From Prorocentrum cordatum (taxonomy: Eukaryota): DNA of 64,000 nt. This document shows positions 11,955 to 26,189 of this stretch, one piece after another (position 1 is the first letter of the stretch; each line of letters starts with the position of its first letter). A program made the translations under genes and the position numbers. The stretch spans positions 1 to 64,000 of the forward strand of contig CAUYUJ010000032.1 of assembly GCA_963575745.1 (NCBI GenBank), given 5' to 3'. Under the pieces are notes generated by a model that made no database searches, was not told the DNA's origin, and worked only from the letters and a program-made list of their open reading frames with translations.

Positions 11955-12315
11955 ATATGTATACATACATAAATGTATACTTATGTACATACATACATAC
12001 ATACATGCATACATGCATATATACATACATACATACACATACATACATACATACATACATACATACATACATACATACATACATGTATACATACATGTAT
12101 ACATACATACATGCATGGGCGCATGCATACATACATATGCACGTATGTCTAAACATCTTATATACATATATGTACATTCATACATACATACATACATACA
12201 GACATACATGCATACACACATACATACATACATACATACATAAATACATGCAAGTATGCATGCATGCATGCATACATATATACACACATACATGCAGACA
12301 TACGTACATACATAC
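11955..12315. repeat. (TACA)n microsatellite
   Basis: Seen directly. Confidence 0.95.
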
Positions 12316-12858
12316 AAACTTCCCCCTTCCTCTCGGTGGTGGCGAAAGGCAGGCGGCGGGGGTTGGAAATTTGGCTGGGTGCCGAGGTGGCTGGTTGGGT
12401 GGTTGGCGCGTTGGTTGGTCGGGTTGGCTTGGGTTGATTGGGCTGATAGTTTTGATGGGAGGATGTCAGGGGCGGCGGTGACGGCAACGACGACGACGAC
12501 GACGACGACGACGACAGAGACGACGACGAAGACGACGACGACGACGACGATGACGACGACGACGACGACGTGTTCGTTTCGGAGATTGGGGGGAGGGGGG
12601 GGGGCGCTTCTGGTGGTCCTTGTCGCCACGGCTGGGCGCGGCTCGGCCAACTGGCCGGCCTGGGCCCTTGAGGGGGCTGGAAGCTGATTTAGAGCGGGTC
12701 TTGGTGGGACGACAACGACGACGGCGGCGCCAACGACGACGACGGCGACGACGAAGACGACGACGAAGACGACGACCACGATGACGACCACGACGACGAC
12801 CAAGACGACGACCACGAACGACCACGACCACGACGACGACGACGACGATGACGCCGAA

Positions 12859-12909
<51 letters not shown>

Positions 12910-13871
12910 AACCACCTCCACGACGACGACGACGACGACGACGACGCGGGCGAGGGGCAGGGCGAGGGCTAGGGCGGGGGCGAGGGCGAGGACGAGGAGG
13001 AAGCGGAGAAAGGGCAGGAGGCGGGGGGAGGGAGGGGGAGGGGAGGAGCGATGGAGGCCTCCCCTCCCCTCCTCCTCCTCCTCCTCCTCCTCCTCCTTCT
13101 CCTCCTCCTCCTCCTCCTCCTCCTCCTCCACCCCCTCCTCCCTCCCCGCCGTCTGCCTGCTCTCTCCCTCCCTCCCTCCCTCTTCCTCCTCCCCCTCCTT
13201 GAGCCAAGCCTAGTGTGCAACAGCGTGCGTGGTGGAGCGCCACCCCACTGCCCTGGCAGCGCGCGGACGTGTGGGTTTTTCTTTTTTGAAATATCACGGC
13301 GAGGACCACCCTGCGAAGAAGTAGACGCACGAGATCGAAAGAATGCCAGGGGACCGGACGCCCGAGCGCTGGAGAGCCGCCCGAGGGCCCCTCCCAAGCG
13401 GGGAGGGTGGGGAGACGTCGGGTTGCCCCCGGGCCGAGACGAGGAGAGGAGCAAGAGGAGCGGAAGGAGGAGGAGGAGGAGGAGGAGGAGGAGGAGGACG
13501 ACGTTCCACACGCTGCGGGCGGCACTGAAAACATAACTAGAGGGGCTGCCAGGGCAGAAAGAGGAGGAGGAGGAGGAGGCAGGAGGTCAAAAGCCTCTAC
13601 TTCCAGTGTCGTCGCAGGGTGAAGACCCAGGGGCCCCCAGATGGTCCACGGAGGCCTCCTGAAGCTCGAAGAGGGGCAGGAAGTGCCCAAAAGCCTCAAG
13701 CTCCGATCCTCGATCTTCGAGCCTCGATCATCCTCCTCAACATCCTCACCGTCATCATCAGCAGCAGCATCGTCATGTCATCATCATCAGCTTCATCATC
13801 AGCAGCATCATCAGCATCATCAGCAGCATCAGCATCAGCATCAGCACCATCATCATCATCAGCATCAGCAC

Positions 13872-13939
<68 letters not shown>

Positions 13940-14573
13940 TCAGCATCATCATATGCGATTCCCACCCATCGTACCCTCATCGTGGATGATGAGGTTGCAG
14001 CCTCGCGTGCTCATTTGGTGTGCAAGTAGAAGGTGTGGTGCCACCTCTACAGAGGTGCTGAATTGACGCCCTTGCTGCGACACTCGTCTGGATCGTTGGG
14101 CCGCCTCTTTGCTCGCTTCGCTCATTCGACGCGCGCATCGCTCGATCCGAGCTCGGTCCCCATCGGCATCGTCAGCGCCATCGCCATCAGCAAAAGGCAG
14201 CAGCATCACCATTCCTATCGTCGAGGAGGAGGAAACCAGAGGCTCGGATACGAGGAGAGGGACGAGGCAGGATCTTCTCCCTCCCCTACCCCTCTCCACT
14301 CGACAGGAGGTGAGGGCCGTGCTGGTTGCGCGGCGACGCGTGGTGAGGTTCCCGCGCCTGCGGCTGCGAGAGGGAGGACGAGAAGGAGGACGACGAGGAG
14401 GAAGAAGAGAGGAGGAGGAGAAGGAGGAGGAGAAAGAGGAGGAGGAAGAAGACGAGGAGAAGGAGGAGGACGAGGAGGAAGAGGAGGAGGAGGAGAAAGA
14501 GGAGGACGGGCAGCAGCAGCAGCAGGAAGAGGAGGGTCGATCCTCGATCCTCGATCTCTGCGCCTCGCCGCAG

Positions 14574-14621
14574 GGCGGAGACCCCGAGGTCATGAGGCGG
14601 GTGCAGCTGGCGTGGGCGGAG
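14574..14621 (+). CDS. DnaJ J-domain micro-exon C (GGDPEVMRRVQLAWAE); 3' boundary uncertain
   Basis: cag| acceptor; follows HPDK in the same way as the common HPDKGGDPE motif and helix III. Confidence 0.7.
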
Positions 14622-14723
14622 GGCCAGCGCAGGGCCCTCCTTCGCGGAGGCCCTTGCGCGCCCACCTGCTGGCCCCCGCCGCTGGCCGCCGCCGCCGCCG
14701 CCTGCGGCGGCGACGACGCCGAA

Positions 14724-14764
<41 letters not shown>

Positions 14765-14927
14765 CGACGCCGATGACGACGACGCTGGCCCCCGCCGCTG
14801 GCCGCCGCCGCCGCCGGTGGCGGCGACGACGGCGACGACGACGACGGCCACGCCGACGACGACGAAGCCGATGACGACGACGACGAAGACGACGAAGACG
14901 ACGACGCCGACAACGACGACGACGGCA

Positions 14928-14976
<49 letters not shown>

Positions 14977-15042
14977 CGAAGGCGGCGACGGACGACGACG
15001 ACGACGACGACGACGACGGTGCGGCGACAACGACGACGACCA

Positions 15043-15087
<45 letters not shown>

Positions 15088-15091
15088 CGAA

Positions 15092-15130
<39 letters not shown>

Positions 15131-15153
15131 GGCGGCGACAACGACGACGACCA

Positions 15154-15195
<42 letters not shown>

Positions 15196-15197
15196 CC

Positions 15198-15228
<31 letters not shown>

Positions 15229-15269
15229 CGACGACGACGAAGACGACGACGGCGGCGGCAGCGATGACG

Positions 15270-15304
<35 letters not shown>

Positions 15305-15519
15305 AGCGATGACGACGACGGCGGCGACGACGACGACGACGACAACGACGACGACGACGACGACGACAACGGCGACGGTGACCAGTTTTTCCTTTATTCC
15401 CTACCTAGGCTCTGCCTAGAGGGTTCTTACTCTCTTAGCTTGAAGGGGCCGGGCAGTGGAAAGCGCCCCGGGCGGTTCCCCCAGTCCCCGCCCCGCGGTT
15501 CCCCCAATGACGTCCCCTT

Positions 15520-16068
15520 AGCTTAGCGTTGCTTATCTCATCTTAGCTTAGCTTATCGCATCTTAGCTTAGCTTAGCTTCATCTTAGCTCAGGTTTATCT
15601 TAGCTTAGCTTATCTTCATCTTAGCTTCGTTGAGCTTTAGCATAGCAGAGCACAGCATAGCATAGAGCGTAGCACAGCATAGCGCAGCACAGCATTTCAT
15701 AGCAAAGCCCAGCATAGCATAGCAGAGCGCAGCATAGCATAGCATAGCACAGCGCAGCACAGCACAGCACAGCATAGCACAGCGCAGCATAGCATAGCAT
15801 AGCATAGCATATCATAGCATAGCATAGCGCAGCATAGCATAGCATAGCATAGCATAGCATAGCATATCATATCGTAGCATAGCACAGCATAGCATAGCAT
15901 AGCATAGCGCAGCTTGGCAGAGCATAGCATAGCATAGCTTAGCATAGCACAGCGCAGCATGACATAGCATAGCGTGGCATAACATAGCATAGCATAGCAT
16001 AGCGCATAATAGCATAGCATAGCATAGCATAGCGCAGCATAGCATGGCATAGCATAGCATAGCATAGC
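15520..16068. repeat. (TTAGC)n/(ATAGC)n pentanucleotide satellite
   Basis: Seen directly. Confidence 0.95.
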
Positions 16069-16295
16069 AACTAATACTGCTTTCCTAGGGGCTCCAACTT
16101 CTATGTAGGGTCGCACTGGGGTAATTTCGGCTTCTCGAGCCGCGTGCAGGCTCCACGGCCAAAAACAAGCGATCTCGGGCGAAAGACTGCCCAGGACGGA
16201 CCCAGATTTTGAGCGACGACGACGACGACGACGACGACGCCGGCCACGCCGCTGGCCGCCGCCACCGCCGCCGGTGGCGGCGACGACGAGACGAC

Positions 16296-16342
<47 letters not shown>

Positions 16343-16405
16343 CGATGACGACGACGACGACGACGCCGACGACGACACGCCGACGACGACGACGACGACG
16401 ACGAA

Positions 16406-16437
<32 letters not shown>

Positions 16438-16870
16438 CGGTGGCGGCGACGACTATGACGGCGACGACGACGACGACGGCGACGGCGACGACGACGACGG
16501 CGGTGACCAGTTTTTCCTTCATTTCGGCCTCTTGAGCCGCGTGCAGGCTCCACGGCCATCTAAAAGCGATCTCGGGCGAAAGACAGCCCAGGACGGACCC
16601 AGAGAGGAGTCTAGGAATAGATTTTGAGCTGGCTCTGGTCGGACGACGACGACGACGATTTTGACGGCGGCTTTGACGGCGACGGCGGCGGCGACGACGA
16701 CGGCGACGACGACGACGCCGACGCCGACGACGACGACGAGAGCTGCGGTGGCGGCGGCGGAGGCGGCGGCGACGACCATGACGACGACGACGACGACGAC
16801 GCCCATGACGACGACGAAGACGACGACGCCGACGACGACGACGACAACGACGAAGGCGACGACGAAGGCG

Positions 16871-16948
<78 letters not shown>

Positions 16949-17227
16949 GCGGCGGCGGCGATGACGACGACGGCGGCGACGACGACGACGACGACGGCGG
17001 CGGCGACAACGACGGCGACGGCGACGGCGACCAGTTTTTCCTTTATTTCGGCCTCTCGAGCCGCGTGCAGGCTCCACGGCCATCAACAAGCGATCTCGGG
17101 CGAAAGACTGCCCAGGACGGACCCAGAGAGGAGAAGAGGAATAGATTTTGAGCTGGACGACGACGACTTTGACGGCGGCTTTGACGGCGACGGCGGCGGC
17201 GACGACGACGGCGACGACGACGACGCC

Positions 17228-17259
<32 letters not shown>

Positions 17260-17308
17260 CGAGAGCTGCGGTGGCGGCGGCGGCGGCGACGGCAACGACG
17301 ACCATGAC

Positions 17309-17352
<44 letters not shown>

Positions 17353-17577
17353 CCACGCCGACGACGGAGACGACGGCGGCGACGAAGGCTGCGACGACGA
17401 AGACGGCCGCGGTGTCGACGACGACGACGACAACGAACACGGCCGCGATGGCGGTGGCATTTGCGACGACGACGACGACGCGGCGACGGCGACGACGACG
17501 GCGACGAAGACGGCGACCACGACGACGACCACCACCACGACGGCGACAACGACGACAACCACCTCAACGACGACGAA

Positions 17578-17628
<51 letters not shown>

Positions 17629-17648
17629 GGCGACGACGACGACGACGA

Positions 17649-17692
<44 letters not shown>

Positions 17693-18191
17693 ACAACGAC
17701 GACGACGGCGGCGGCGGCGGCGACGGCGACGACTACGACGGCGACGACGACGACGGCGGCGGCGACAACGACGGCGACGGCGACCAGATTTTCTTTTATT
17801 GAATCGCTTCGCTCATTCCGCCGGCCCGTATTGTGCCATCGCGGGGTTTTGGGGGGTCTTGGGAGCCCTTGGAAGCTTCGTGGGAGCTTATTGGGAACTT
17901 TGGGAGGCCTCGTGGATGGCTCTGGGTGGGCCCTCTTGGTGGTCTTTTGGGGGGGTCTGCCTAGCCTCTTGGGGGCCTCCTGGGAGCTTCCTGGGGGTCT
18001 CTTGGGGGCCTCTTGGGGCTTTCTTGCGGCCTGTTGGGGGCCTCTTGGGGCTCTCTTGGGGGCTTCGTGGGGCTACTTGGGGGCTTGTAGGGGCATTTCG
18101 GGGGCGTGTTTGGGCGGGAGGCTCAAAATTTCCGTTCAGGTTGCCCCTGTGGACCTCAATCATGGGGCCGTCTTGGGGCCTCTTGGACCGT

Positions 18192-19322
18192 CTTGAGGGT
18201 TTCTTGGGCCTTCTTGGAGCGCTCTTGGGCCGTCTTTGAGCGGTCTTGAGGGTCTCTCGGGCCGTCTTGGGGTGATCTTGGGGGCCTCTTGGACCGCCTT
18301 GAAAGGTGTGAAAGACGAAGAGGCGGATATGTTAAAAATGCACGTTTTCCTAAGGGAATGGGACGATTTTTGCTTGTGGGAGCCCTCTTGGGACGCCGCT
18401 TAGGGACCTCTTGGGGCGTCTTGAAGGCCTGTTGGGCCGTCTTGAGGCCATCGCAGGCGTTTGGGGGTGATATTTCGGCGTCTCCCGGCTCTCTTGGACC
18501 GTCTGGAGGGCTTCTCGGGCCTCTCTTGGACCGATTTGGAGCCCTCCTGGGCTCCGAAAAAGAGTTCTTGAGGGTTTCTTGGGCCTTCTTGGAGCGCTCT
18601 TGGGCCGTCTTTGAGCGGTCTAGAGGGTCTCCCGGGCCGTCTTGGGGTGATCTTGGGGGCCTCTTGGACCGCCTTGAAAGGTGTGAAAGACGAAGTGGCG
18701 GATATGTTAAAAATGCACGTTTTCCCAAGGGAATGGGACGATTTTTGCTAGTGGGAGCCCTCTTGGGACGCCGCTTAGGGACCTCTTAGGGACCTCTTGG
18801 GGCGTCTTGAAGGCCTGTTGGGCCGTCTTGAGGCCATCGCTGGCGTTTGGGAGTGATATTTCGGCGTCTCCCGGCTCTCTCTTGGACCGTCTGGAGGGCT
18901 TCTCGGGCCCCTCTTGGACCGATTTGGAGCCCTCCTGGGCTCCGAAAAAAGGTTCTTGAGGGTTTCTTGGGCAATCTTGGAGCGCTCTTGGGCCGTCTTT
19001 GAGCGGTCTTGAGGGTCTCTCGGGCCGTCTTGGGGTGATCTTGGGGGCCTCTTGGACCGCCTTGAAAGGTGTGAAAGACGAAGAGGCGGATATGTTAAAA
19101 ATGCACGTTTTCCTAAGGGAATGGGACGATTTTTGCTTGTGGGAGCCCTCTTGGGGCGCCGCTTAGGGACCTCTTGGGGCGTCTTGAAGGCCTGTTGGGC
19201 CGTCTTGAGGCCATCGCAGGCGTTTGGGAGTGATATTTCGGCGTCTCCCGGCTCTCTTGGACCGTCTGGAGGGCTTCTCGGGCCTCTCTTGGACCGTTTG
19301 GAGCCCTCCTGGGCTCCGAAAA
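18192..19322. repeat. Near-identical tandem triplication of a ~375-390-bp unit
   Basis: ccttgaaaggtgtgaaagacgaag.ggcggatatgttaaaaatgcacg occurs at ~18297, 18672 and 19060. Confidence 0.9.
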
Positions 19323-19578
19323 AGGACCTTGCCGGGAGTCTGCCGGGACCTTGCCGGGGTACTTTTCGTCCGGGGACCCCCAGGGCCCGCCCCGCGCGCA
19401 CGATGACGACGACGGCGGCGGCGACAACGACGGCGACGGCGACCAGATTTTCTTTTATTTCGACCTCTCGAGCCGCGTGCAGGCTCCACGGCCATCAACA
19501 AGCGATCTCGGGCGCAAGACTGCCCAGGACGGACCCAGAGAGGTAGTCTAGGAATAGATTTTGAGCTGGCTCTGGTTG

Positions 19579-19611
<33 letters not shown>

Positions 19612-19680
19612 TTTGACGGCGGCTTTGACGGCGACGGCGGCGGCGACGGCGACGAGGACGACGACGACGACGACGCCGAC

Positions 19681-19713
<33 letters not shown>

Positions 19714-19745
19714 AGCTGCGGTGGCGGCGGCGGCGACGACGACCA

Positions 19746-19781
<36 letters not shown>

Positions 19782-19784
19782 AGA

Positions 19785-19815
<31 letters not shown>

Positions 19816-22387
19816 CACCAACGCGTGGGCTTCCAAGTCAAGAACACATCCAGATACGGCCCCTCTGGCGAAGCACGCGCGATCGTTATAGCATCTATAC
19901 CTCTAACTGTCTTACGATATATATATATATATATATATTGATCGATCCCACTGTCTATGTATCGATATCGCGACCTATCCATGGATGTTACGATCAATAT
20001 GTGTGGCGATCCGTCTATGTATCGGCACGACTGGCTATTTATCGATCTCGCGATCAATCAATCAATCATTCCGTCGGTCAACCAATCAGTTTACGATCGG
20101 GACAGCCATCAGGCCAGCCATCGGGACAGACATCGCCACGGGACAGTTGCGAAGCACCCGTGGGCCCACTCCGCCAGCCCGATGGGAGGAGAGAGTCCTT
20201 TGCGTCGGCGCCGCCCCGGCAGCGGCGGGATCTCACTCCCCTCGCCCCCGCGCGCGCAGCTTCGCCTTTGCCCGCACGCACGGAGCATACACGAAACCGA
20301 GACCGACCTTTTGGTTTAAGTCGGGCCTGTCCCTCTACAGGAGGAATGCTCAAAAGTGGCCAAAAATATAGACTGGGGACGGTTGTTTTGGCATTTGTTG
20401 ACCACTTCGGTGCATTATTTGACTATCTTTAATGTCTCGTCCAAAATGCGGGCCCGACTTATTCCTTGGTGCAGGCTCCGTTTCACTACGATCTCACCCC
20501 CACCTTCCGATTTTGTATGCGTATATACGCATAGTTGTATACATCATTATGTACATTTGCCTAGTTGTACATAGGTATATATAGCGACGACACCTTCCTG
20601 GTCCCTTCACCCCGCGCTGGTCATTTTGTCCTCCACCTTCCAGCAGCGGTCTTCGGCAAGGTCGCTTGCCCACGTGGTCCGCATCTCTGGTTGTCGTTCA
20701 TTGTGCTGATGGCTCTTCATGCCCGCGCGCTTTTCGCGCTTTTAGGGTCCCAGTGCTCGCTCGTCTCCTCAGCCTTACCTTAGCGGATTCCATTGCGGAT
20801 GCTCGCACCTGGTTGTTTTGCTTCGAGATGATTGACGGCGCTGCACGGTTGTTCCCTCATCCTTGCCGGGCTTTCCCCACGGATTCCATGTTCGGCTCCG
20901 CCCTCATGCCCGCCCTGAATTTCAATGACTTGCACTTCGGCACGCCCACGAAGACCTCCGTGGCTTGAGTGCGGCTCCCTCGCCCCACCGGCCTCTCCCG
21001 CCGCCTCGCGCACGTTCTTCTTGTCTCCCCGTGCCTCGCTGTGCTGTGGCGCGCTCCGCCACTGCTCGACTTCCGTCTGACTCTCTCGAGGCCACTGACA
21101 AAAAAGTGTGTGTGTGTGTATATATACACACACATAAACATACGTACGTACGTACGTACATACAGACTGATTGACTGACAGACAGACATACACACATCTG
21201 CATACAGACAGACATACATACATACATACAAACTAGAAAAATAATGGCCCTCGGCCCATCCCGTCACCGTGCCATCGGCCTCTTGTCTGTTCGTTGGGAT
21301 GTCATGGGGATCTCGGGGGCCTGCTGGCGGCAGTGATGGGGCGTCTTGGGGACCTCTTGGGACCTCTTGGGGGCTTCTTGGGGCCTCCTGCGAGTATTTT
21401 GGGGCACAACACATTGTCCGTTCGGACTCACCCTCTTGGGCCCCACTTGGGCCGTCTTGAGGCTCTCTTGGGCCGTCTGGGGCGCCTCTTGAACAGTCTT
21501 GGGGCCCTCTTGGGCCGTCTTGGGGCCCACTTGCGGGCCTCTCGGCCGTCTTGGGGCGATCTTGGGGGCGTCCAGGGCCGTCTGGGAGCGTTGAGGAGCC
21601 GAAAAGGCGAGAACGCCGAAGACGCACAAAAGCCAATGGAAAAGCAATGATTGTGGCCTCTTGAGGCCCTCTTGGGAGGTATCTTGGATGCCTCTTGGGG
21701 CGTCTTGGAGGCCTCTTGGGCCGTCTGGGGGCCATCTTGAGCGTCTTGGAGCAATCGTTCGGCGATTCGGGGCCCTCTTGGACGGTCTTGAGGGCCTCTT
21801 GGGACGCTCTTGGCTTTGGGGCGGGCCCTTCAGGGTCCGAGAAAGCCATGCGGGAAAATGTGCCTGGGCCCGGGGGGAATGCCGGAAGCCCCGAGAGATT
21901 TCAGATTTTGGGGTCTGGGCCCCTTACAGAATCCTCGGAATCGAGGACTGGGGTTTTTGATATCAGGCCAAGGAGATATACCCCTATAAGGCCAACCAAA
22001 GGCCGATATTGGGAGAATGAACCCAAAGACCGGACAACCATCGAGACAACCGTCTACATCCATCTAAACATCTTGATCCATAGATCCAGCGATCGATAAC
22101 ACGACCTATCCAAGACGCCTACGGCAAACCACCGCCGCCCCCTGCCTTTTAGGATACGCCTATGTGGCCAAACGTATGGAAACCGTTGTGGAAACCCTTC
22201 GGGGACCATGCGTTCTCTCAGCCGTTGTGGAAACCCTTCGGGGAACACGTGGGGGAAGGAAGAGGAGAGTGAGGAGAGGGAGGGAACAGGACGAGGAGGA
22301 GGAGGAGGAGGAGGAGGAAAAGGAGGCCTCTTGGGAGCCACTTGGGACACTCTTGGGGCCTCCTGGAAGCTTCCTGGGGGCCTCAAT

Positions 22388-22418
<31 letters not shown>

Positions 22419-22659
22419 TCAACAACAGTAAGAATAACAACAGCAGCAGCAGCAACAACAAGAGCCACATCAACAACAGCAGCTGCAGCAACAACAGCAA
22501 CGAGTCCCAACCCTCTTGCGTTGGGCACTCGTTTTGAATAGGGCACTACCCGCGCGTCTTCTTCTCCCGCCTCCCGCCTCCTCTCCCCTTCTCTCTTGCC
22601 TCTCACCTCGCTCCTTCTTGCGTGCCAGCTTGCCTCTCACCTGGCCATCCCTGGCTGCC

Positions 22660-25590
22660 TGCGGTCTGTGAAACTATCGCCACTTTCGATAGCTGATGGG
22701 GCTTCTAGCGGAGCGACGCCCTACCCACATTCAAAAGAGACCTCGCCATCCTTGGGGAGGGCTGCGATCTGCGAAGTTGTCGCCACTCTCGAGGGCTGCT
22801 GGGGGGTCCAGCTGAGCGACGTCTTACCCAGTACCCATATTCAAATGAGACCTCGCCATCCCTGGGGTGGCTGCGGTCTGCGAAGTTGTCGCCACTTTCG
22901 AGGGCTGCTGGGGGGTGCAGCGGGCCGACGTCTGACACAGACCCAGACGAGACCTTGCCATCCCTCGGGGGGGGGACTGCGATCTGCGAAACTGGGGCGA
23001 CTTCCTACCCAGGCTCAAATGAGACCTCGCCATCCTTGGGGGGCCTCGATCTGCGAGATTGTCGCCACTTTCGGGGGGTGCTGAAGGGGCCAGCACAGTG
23101 GTGCCCCACCCAGATTCAGATGAGACCTCGCCTTCCCTTGGGGGCTGCGGCCTGCAAATATATGCTGGGGGGTCCAGCGGAGCGACGCCCTATCCATATT
23201 CAAATGGGACCTCGCCATCGTTGGGTGGGGGGTGTGCGAAACTGCCGCCACTTTCGAGGGCTGCTGAGGGGCCCAGCGGAGCGACATCCTACCCAGATTC
23301 AAATGCGATTTCGCCCTCCCAGGGGGGGGGGGCTGCGATCTGCCAATGTGCGGCCACTTTCGAGGGCTGCTGAGGGGTCCACCAGCATGACGTCCGATCC
23401 CGCTTCAAATGGGACCTCGCCATCCTTGGGCCATGGGGGGTTGCGATCTGCGAAACTGTCGCCACGTCCGAGTGCTGCTAGGGGGTCCAGCGGAGCGACG
23501 TCCTACCCAGTTTCATGTGAGACCTCGCCATCCTTCTCTGGCTGCGATCTGCGAGCCTGTCGCCACTTTCGAGGGCCGCTGGGGGGGTCCAACGGAGCGA
23601 CGCCCTATCCAGATTCAGATGACATCTCGCCATCCCCGGGGGGGGCAATCTGCGAAACTGTCGCCACCGTCGAGGGCTGCGGACGTCGCCCAGCGGAGCG
23701 ACGCCCGACCCATACTCAAATGAGACCTCGCCGTCCCTGGGGGGGGGGGCTGCGATGAGCGAAACTGTCGCCACTTTCAAGGGCTGCTGCGGGGTCCAGC
23801 GGAGCGACGTCCTACCAAGACTCATATCAGACCTCGCCGTCCCCAGGGGGGGCTGCCCGTTGCGGAACTGTCGCCACTTTCGAGAGCTGCTGGGGGGTCC
23901 AGCGGAGCGACGTCCTACCTAGATGCAAATGAGACCTGAGCCCAGGGGGACTGCCGTCTGCGAAGCTGTCGCCAGTTTCGAGGGCTGCTGGGGGGTCCAG
24001 CGGAGTGACGCCCTAACCAGATTCAGATGAGACCTCGCCATCCTTGTGGGGCCGCGACCTGCGAAGCTGTCGCCACTTTCGACTGCTGCTGGGGGGTGCA
24101 GCGGGGTGGCGTCTTACCCAGATCCAGGTGAGACCTCGCCATCCTCGGGGTGCTGTGATCTGCGAAACTGTCGCCACTTTCAAGGGGTGCTGGGGGATTC
24201 CGATGGGCGACGTCCTACCCAGATTCAGATGATACCTCGCCATCCCTCGGGTTGCTGCGATCTGCGAAGCTGTCGCCACTTTGGAGCGCTGCTAGGGGAT
24301 CCAGCGGGGCGACGTCCTACCGAGATCCAGGTGAGACCTCGCCATCCCTGGGTTGCTGCGATCTGCGAAGCTGTCGCCACTTTCGAGCGCTGCTAGGGGA
24401 TCCAGCGGGGCGACGTCCTACCCAGATCCAGGTGAGACCTCGCCATCCCTGGGTTGCTGCGATCTGCGAAGCTGTCGCCGCTTTCGAAGGCTGCTGGGGG
24501 GTCCAGCAGAGTGACGCCTTTTCCCAGAGTCAGATGAGACCTCGCCATCCTTGTGGGGCCGCGACCTGTCAAGCTGTCGCCACTTTTGAGGGCTGCTGGG
24601 GGGTGCAGTGGAGTGACTTCTCACCCAGATCCAGATGAGACCTCGCCATTCATGGGAGGTCGCGATCTCCGAACCTGTCGCCGCGTTCGAGAGCTGCTGG
24701 GGGGGGTCGAGCGGAGTGACGTCCTACCCAGATTCAGATGATACCTCGCCATCCCTCGGGGGGGTGCGATCTGCGAAGCTGTCGCCACTTTCGAGGGCTG
24801 CTGCGGGGTCCAGCGCGGCCCCTGTGGGGCTGCGATCTGCGAAGCTGTCGCCACTTTCGAGGGCTGCTGGGAGGCCCAGCGGAGTGACGTCTTACACAGA
24901 TCCAGATGGGACTTCGCCATCCCTGTATGGCTACGATCTGTGAAATTGGCGCCATTTTCGAGGGCTGCTGCGGGGTCCGGCGAAGCGACGTCCCACCTGG
25001 AGTCAACTGAGACCTCGCCATCCGCGTTTGGCTGCGATCTGCGAAACTGTCGCCACTTTCGAGCGCTGCTGGGGGGGGTCAGGCGGAGTGGCGTCTTACA
25101 GTGCCGTTTTTCATACATGCTCCGCGTGCGGATCATGTATTAAGCATGCAGGGATTTAGTATTGAAAACAACGATGACTTCATCCATAAATTCATTCATA
25201 GATTAATCATGTATTTAAAAACCATCCAATGTTTTAAAAACTGCCCTGTACCCTGATGCAAGCAAGACATCGCCATCCCTGCGGGGCTGCGATCTCCGAG
25301 CCTGTCGTCACTTTCGAGGGTTGCTAAGGGGGCCCAGCGGAGTGACGTCTTACGCGGACCACGAGGAGACCTCGCCATCTCTAAAGGGCTGCGACCTGTG
25401 AAATTGGCGCCCCTTTCGAGGGCTGCCGCGGGGCCCAGCGGAGCGACGCCTTACGCGGACCACAAGGAGACCTCGCCATCCCTGCGGTGCTGGGATATGC
25501 GAAAACCGGTCGCCACTTTGGAGGGCTGCTGGGGGGTCCAGCGGAGTGACGTTTTACGCGGACCACCAGGAGACCTAGCCACCCCTCGGG
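22660..25590. repeat. ~100-bp satellite, roughly 25-28 copies, with an AT-rich interruption at ~25100-25260
   Basis: Unit gagacctcgccatccct...gctgcgatctgcgaagctgtcgccactttcgagggctgctggggggtccagcggagcgacgtcctacccagattcagat; anchors are ~101 bp apart. Confidence 0.92.
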
Positions 25591-26189
25591 TCCAGCTGAG
25601 TGACGCCTTTTTCCGTTACCTGGGCAACGGCCGTGAACAACCTCTTGGAGATACGCGGCCCTGGCCTGGATTTCCTGGCCCGCGGGCCGCCCGCAGACTT
25701 GGCGGCGCGCCTTCGAGCGTTTAGCTCCCGCGCTGAAAAGCACATGCAGGAAGCAGAGAAGCTGGCGGGCGAGCTAAGCCTCGCTCGTTGTTTGCACTAA
25801 CGACGAGCAGGTAAACTCATTTGTCCGGGCGCCGCGTTGGCATGGCGCATGCAGCGCTGCATTTTCAGCGCACCACCGACAAAGCAGCACTCTTCGGCCT
25901 CCTCCCGTCACGTTCGTCGTCGTCCTCTGCCCCCTGCCACCTTCCCTCTGCTGCTGCCGCGCCGACGGTTCGCCCCCCCTCGCGTCCTTCTCCTGCCCTT
26001 CGTTTTCCTCAAGCCTAACCCCTCGCTCCTCATCCTCATGCTGATGTCCTGTTAATCATTCCACGTGAGCGCACCCCATGTAGTTTGCGCAACATATAAT
26101 CTCACGGCGCCTGCACTGTCAATGTCGTGGCAAGTTTGGGCCATGTTCTCTTGTCATTGGATGCAAATGGGTTGGGTACGTCACAGGAC

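Larger units (their letters stand above)
14700..19815 (+). repeat. Composite array: ~130-bp conserved core alternating with (GAC)n tracts
   Basis: Core ttcggcctctcgagccgcgtgcaggctccacggccatc...gatctcgggcgaaagactgcccaggacggacccaga at ~16125, 16520, 17045 and 19455; truncated starts at ~15380 and ~17785. Confidence 0.85.

Noticed and set aside
13198..13207. Partial SL match (TTGGCTCAAG, minus strand)
   Set aside because: Only 10 nt, with no ORF or element context.
13641..13700. Extra DnaJ exon between B and C
   Set aside because: Exons B and C already join into a continuous J-domain, and no suitable donor is present.
11640..19941. Long ORFs of poly-D, T, R, V or S
   Set aside because: These are translations of (GAC)n, (GAG)n, (TACA)n and (TAGCA)n microsatellites.
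20261..20319. Candidate next DnaJ exon (LRLCPH...)
   Set aside because: It has an AG acceptor but no motif support, and the exon C donor is unresolved.
22660..25590. CRISPR-like array
   Set aside because: Whole units repeat with no unique spacers and there are no cas genes; it is a satellite.
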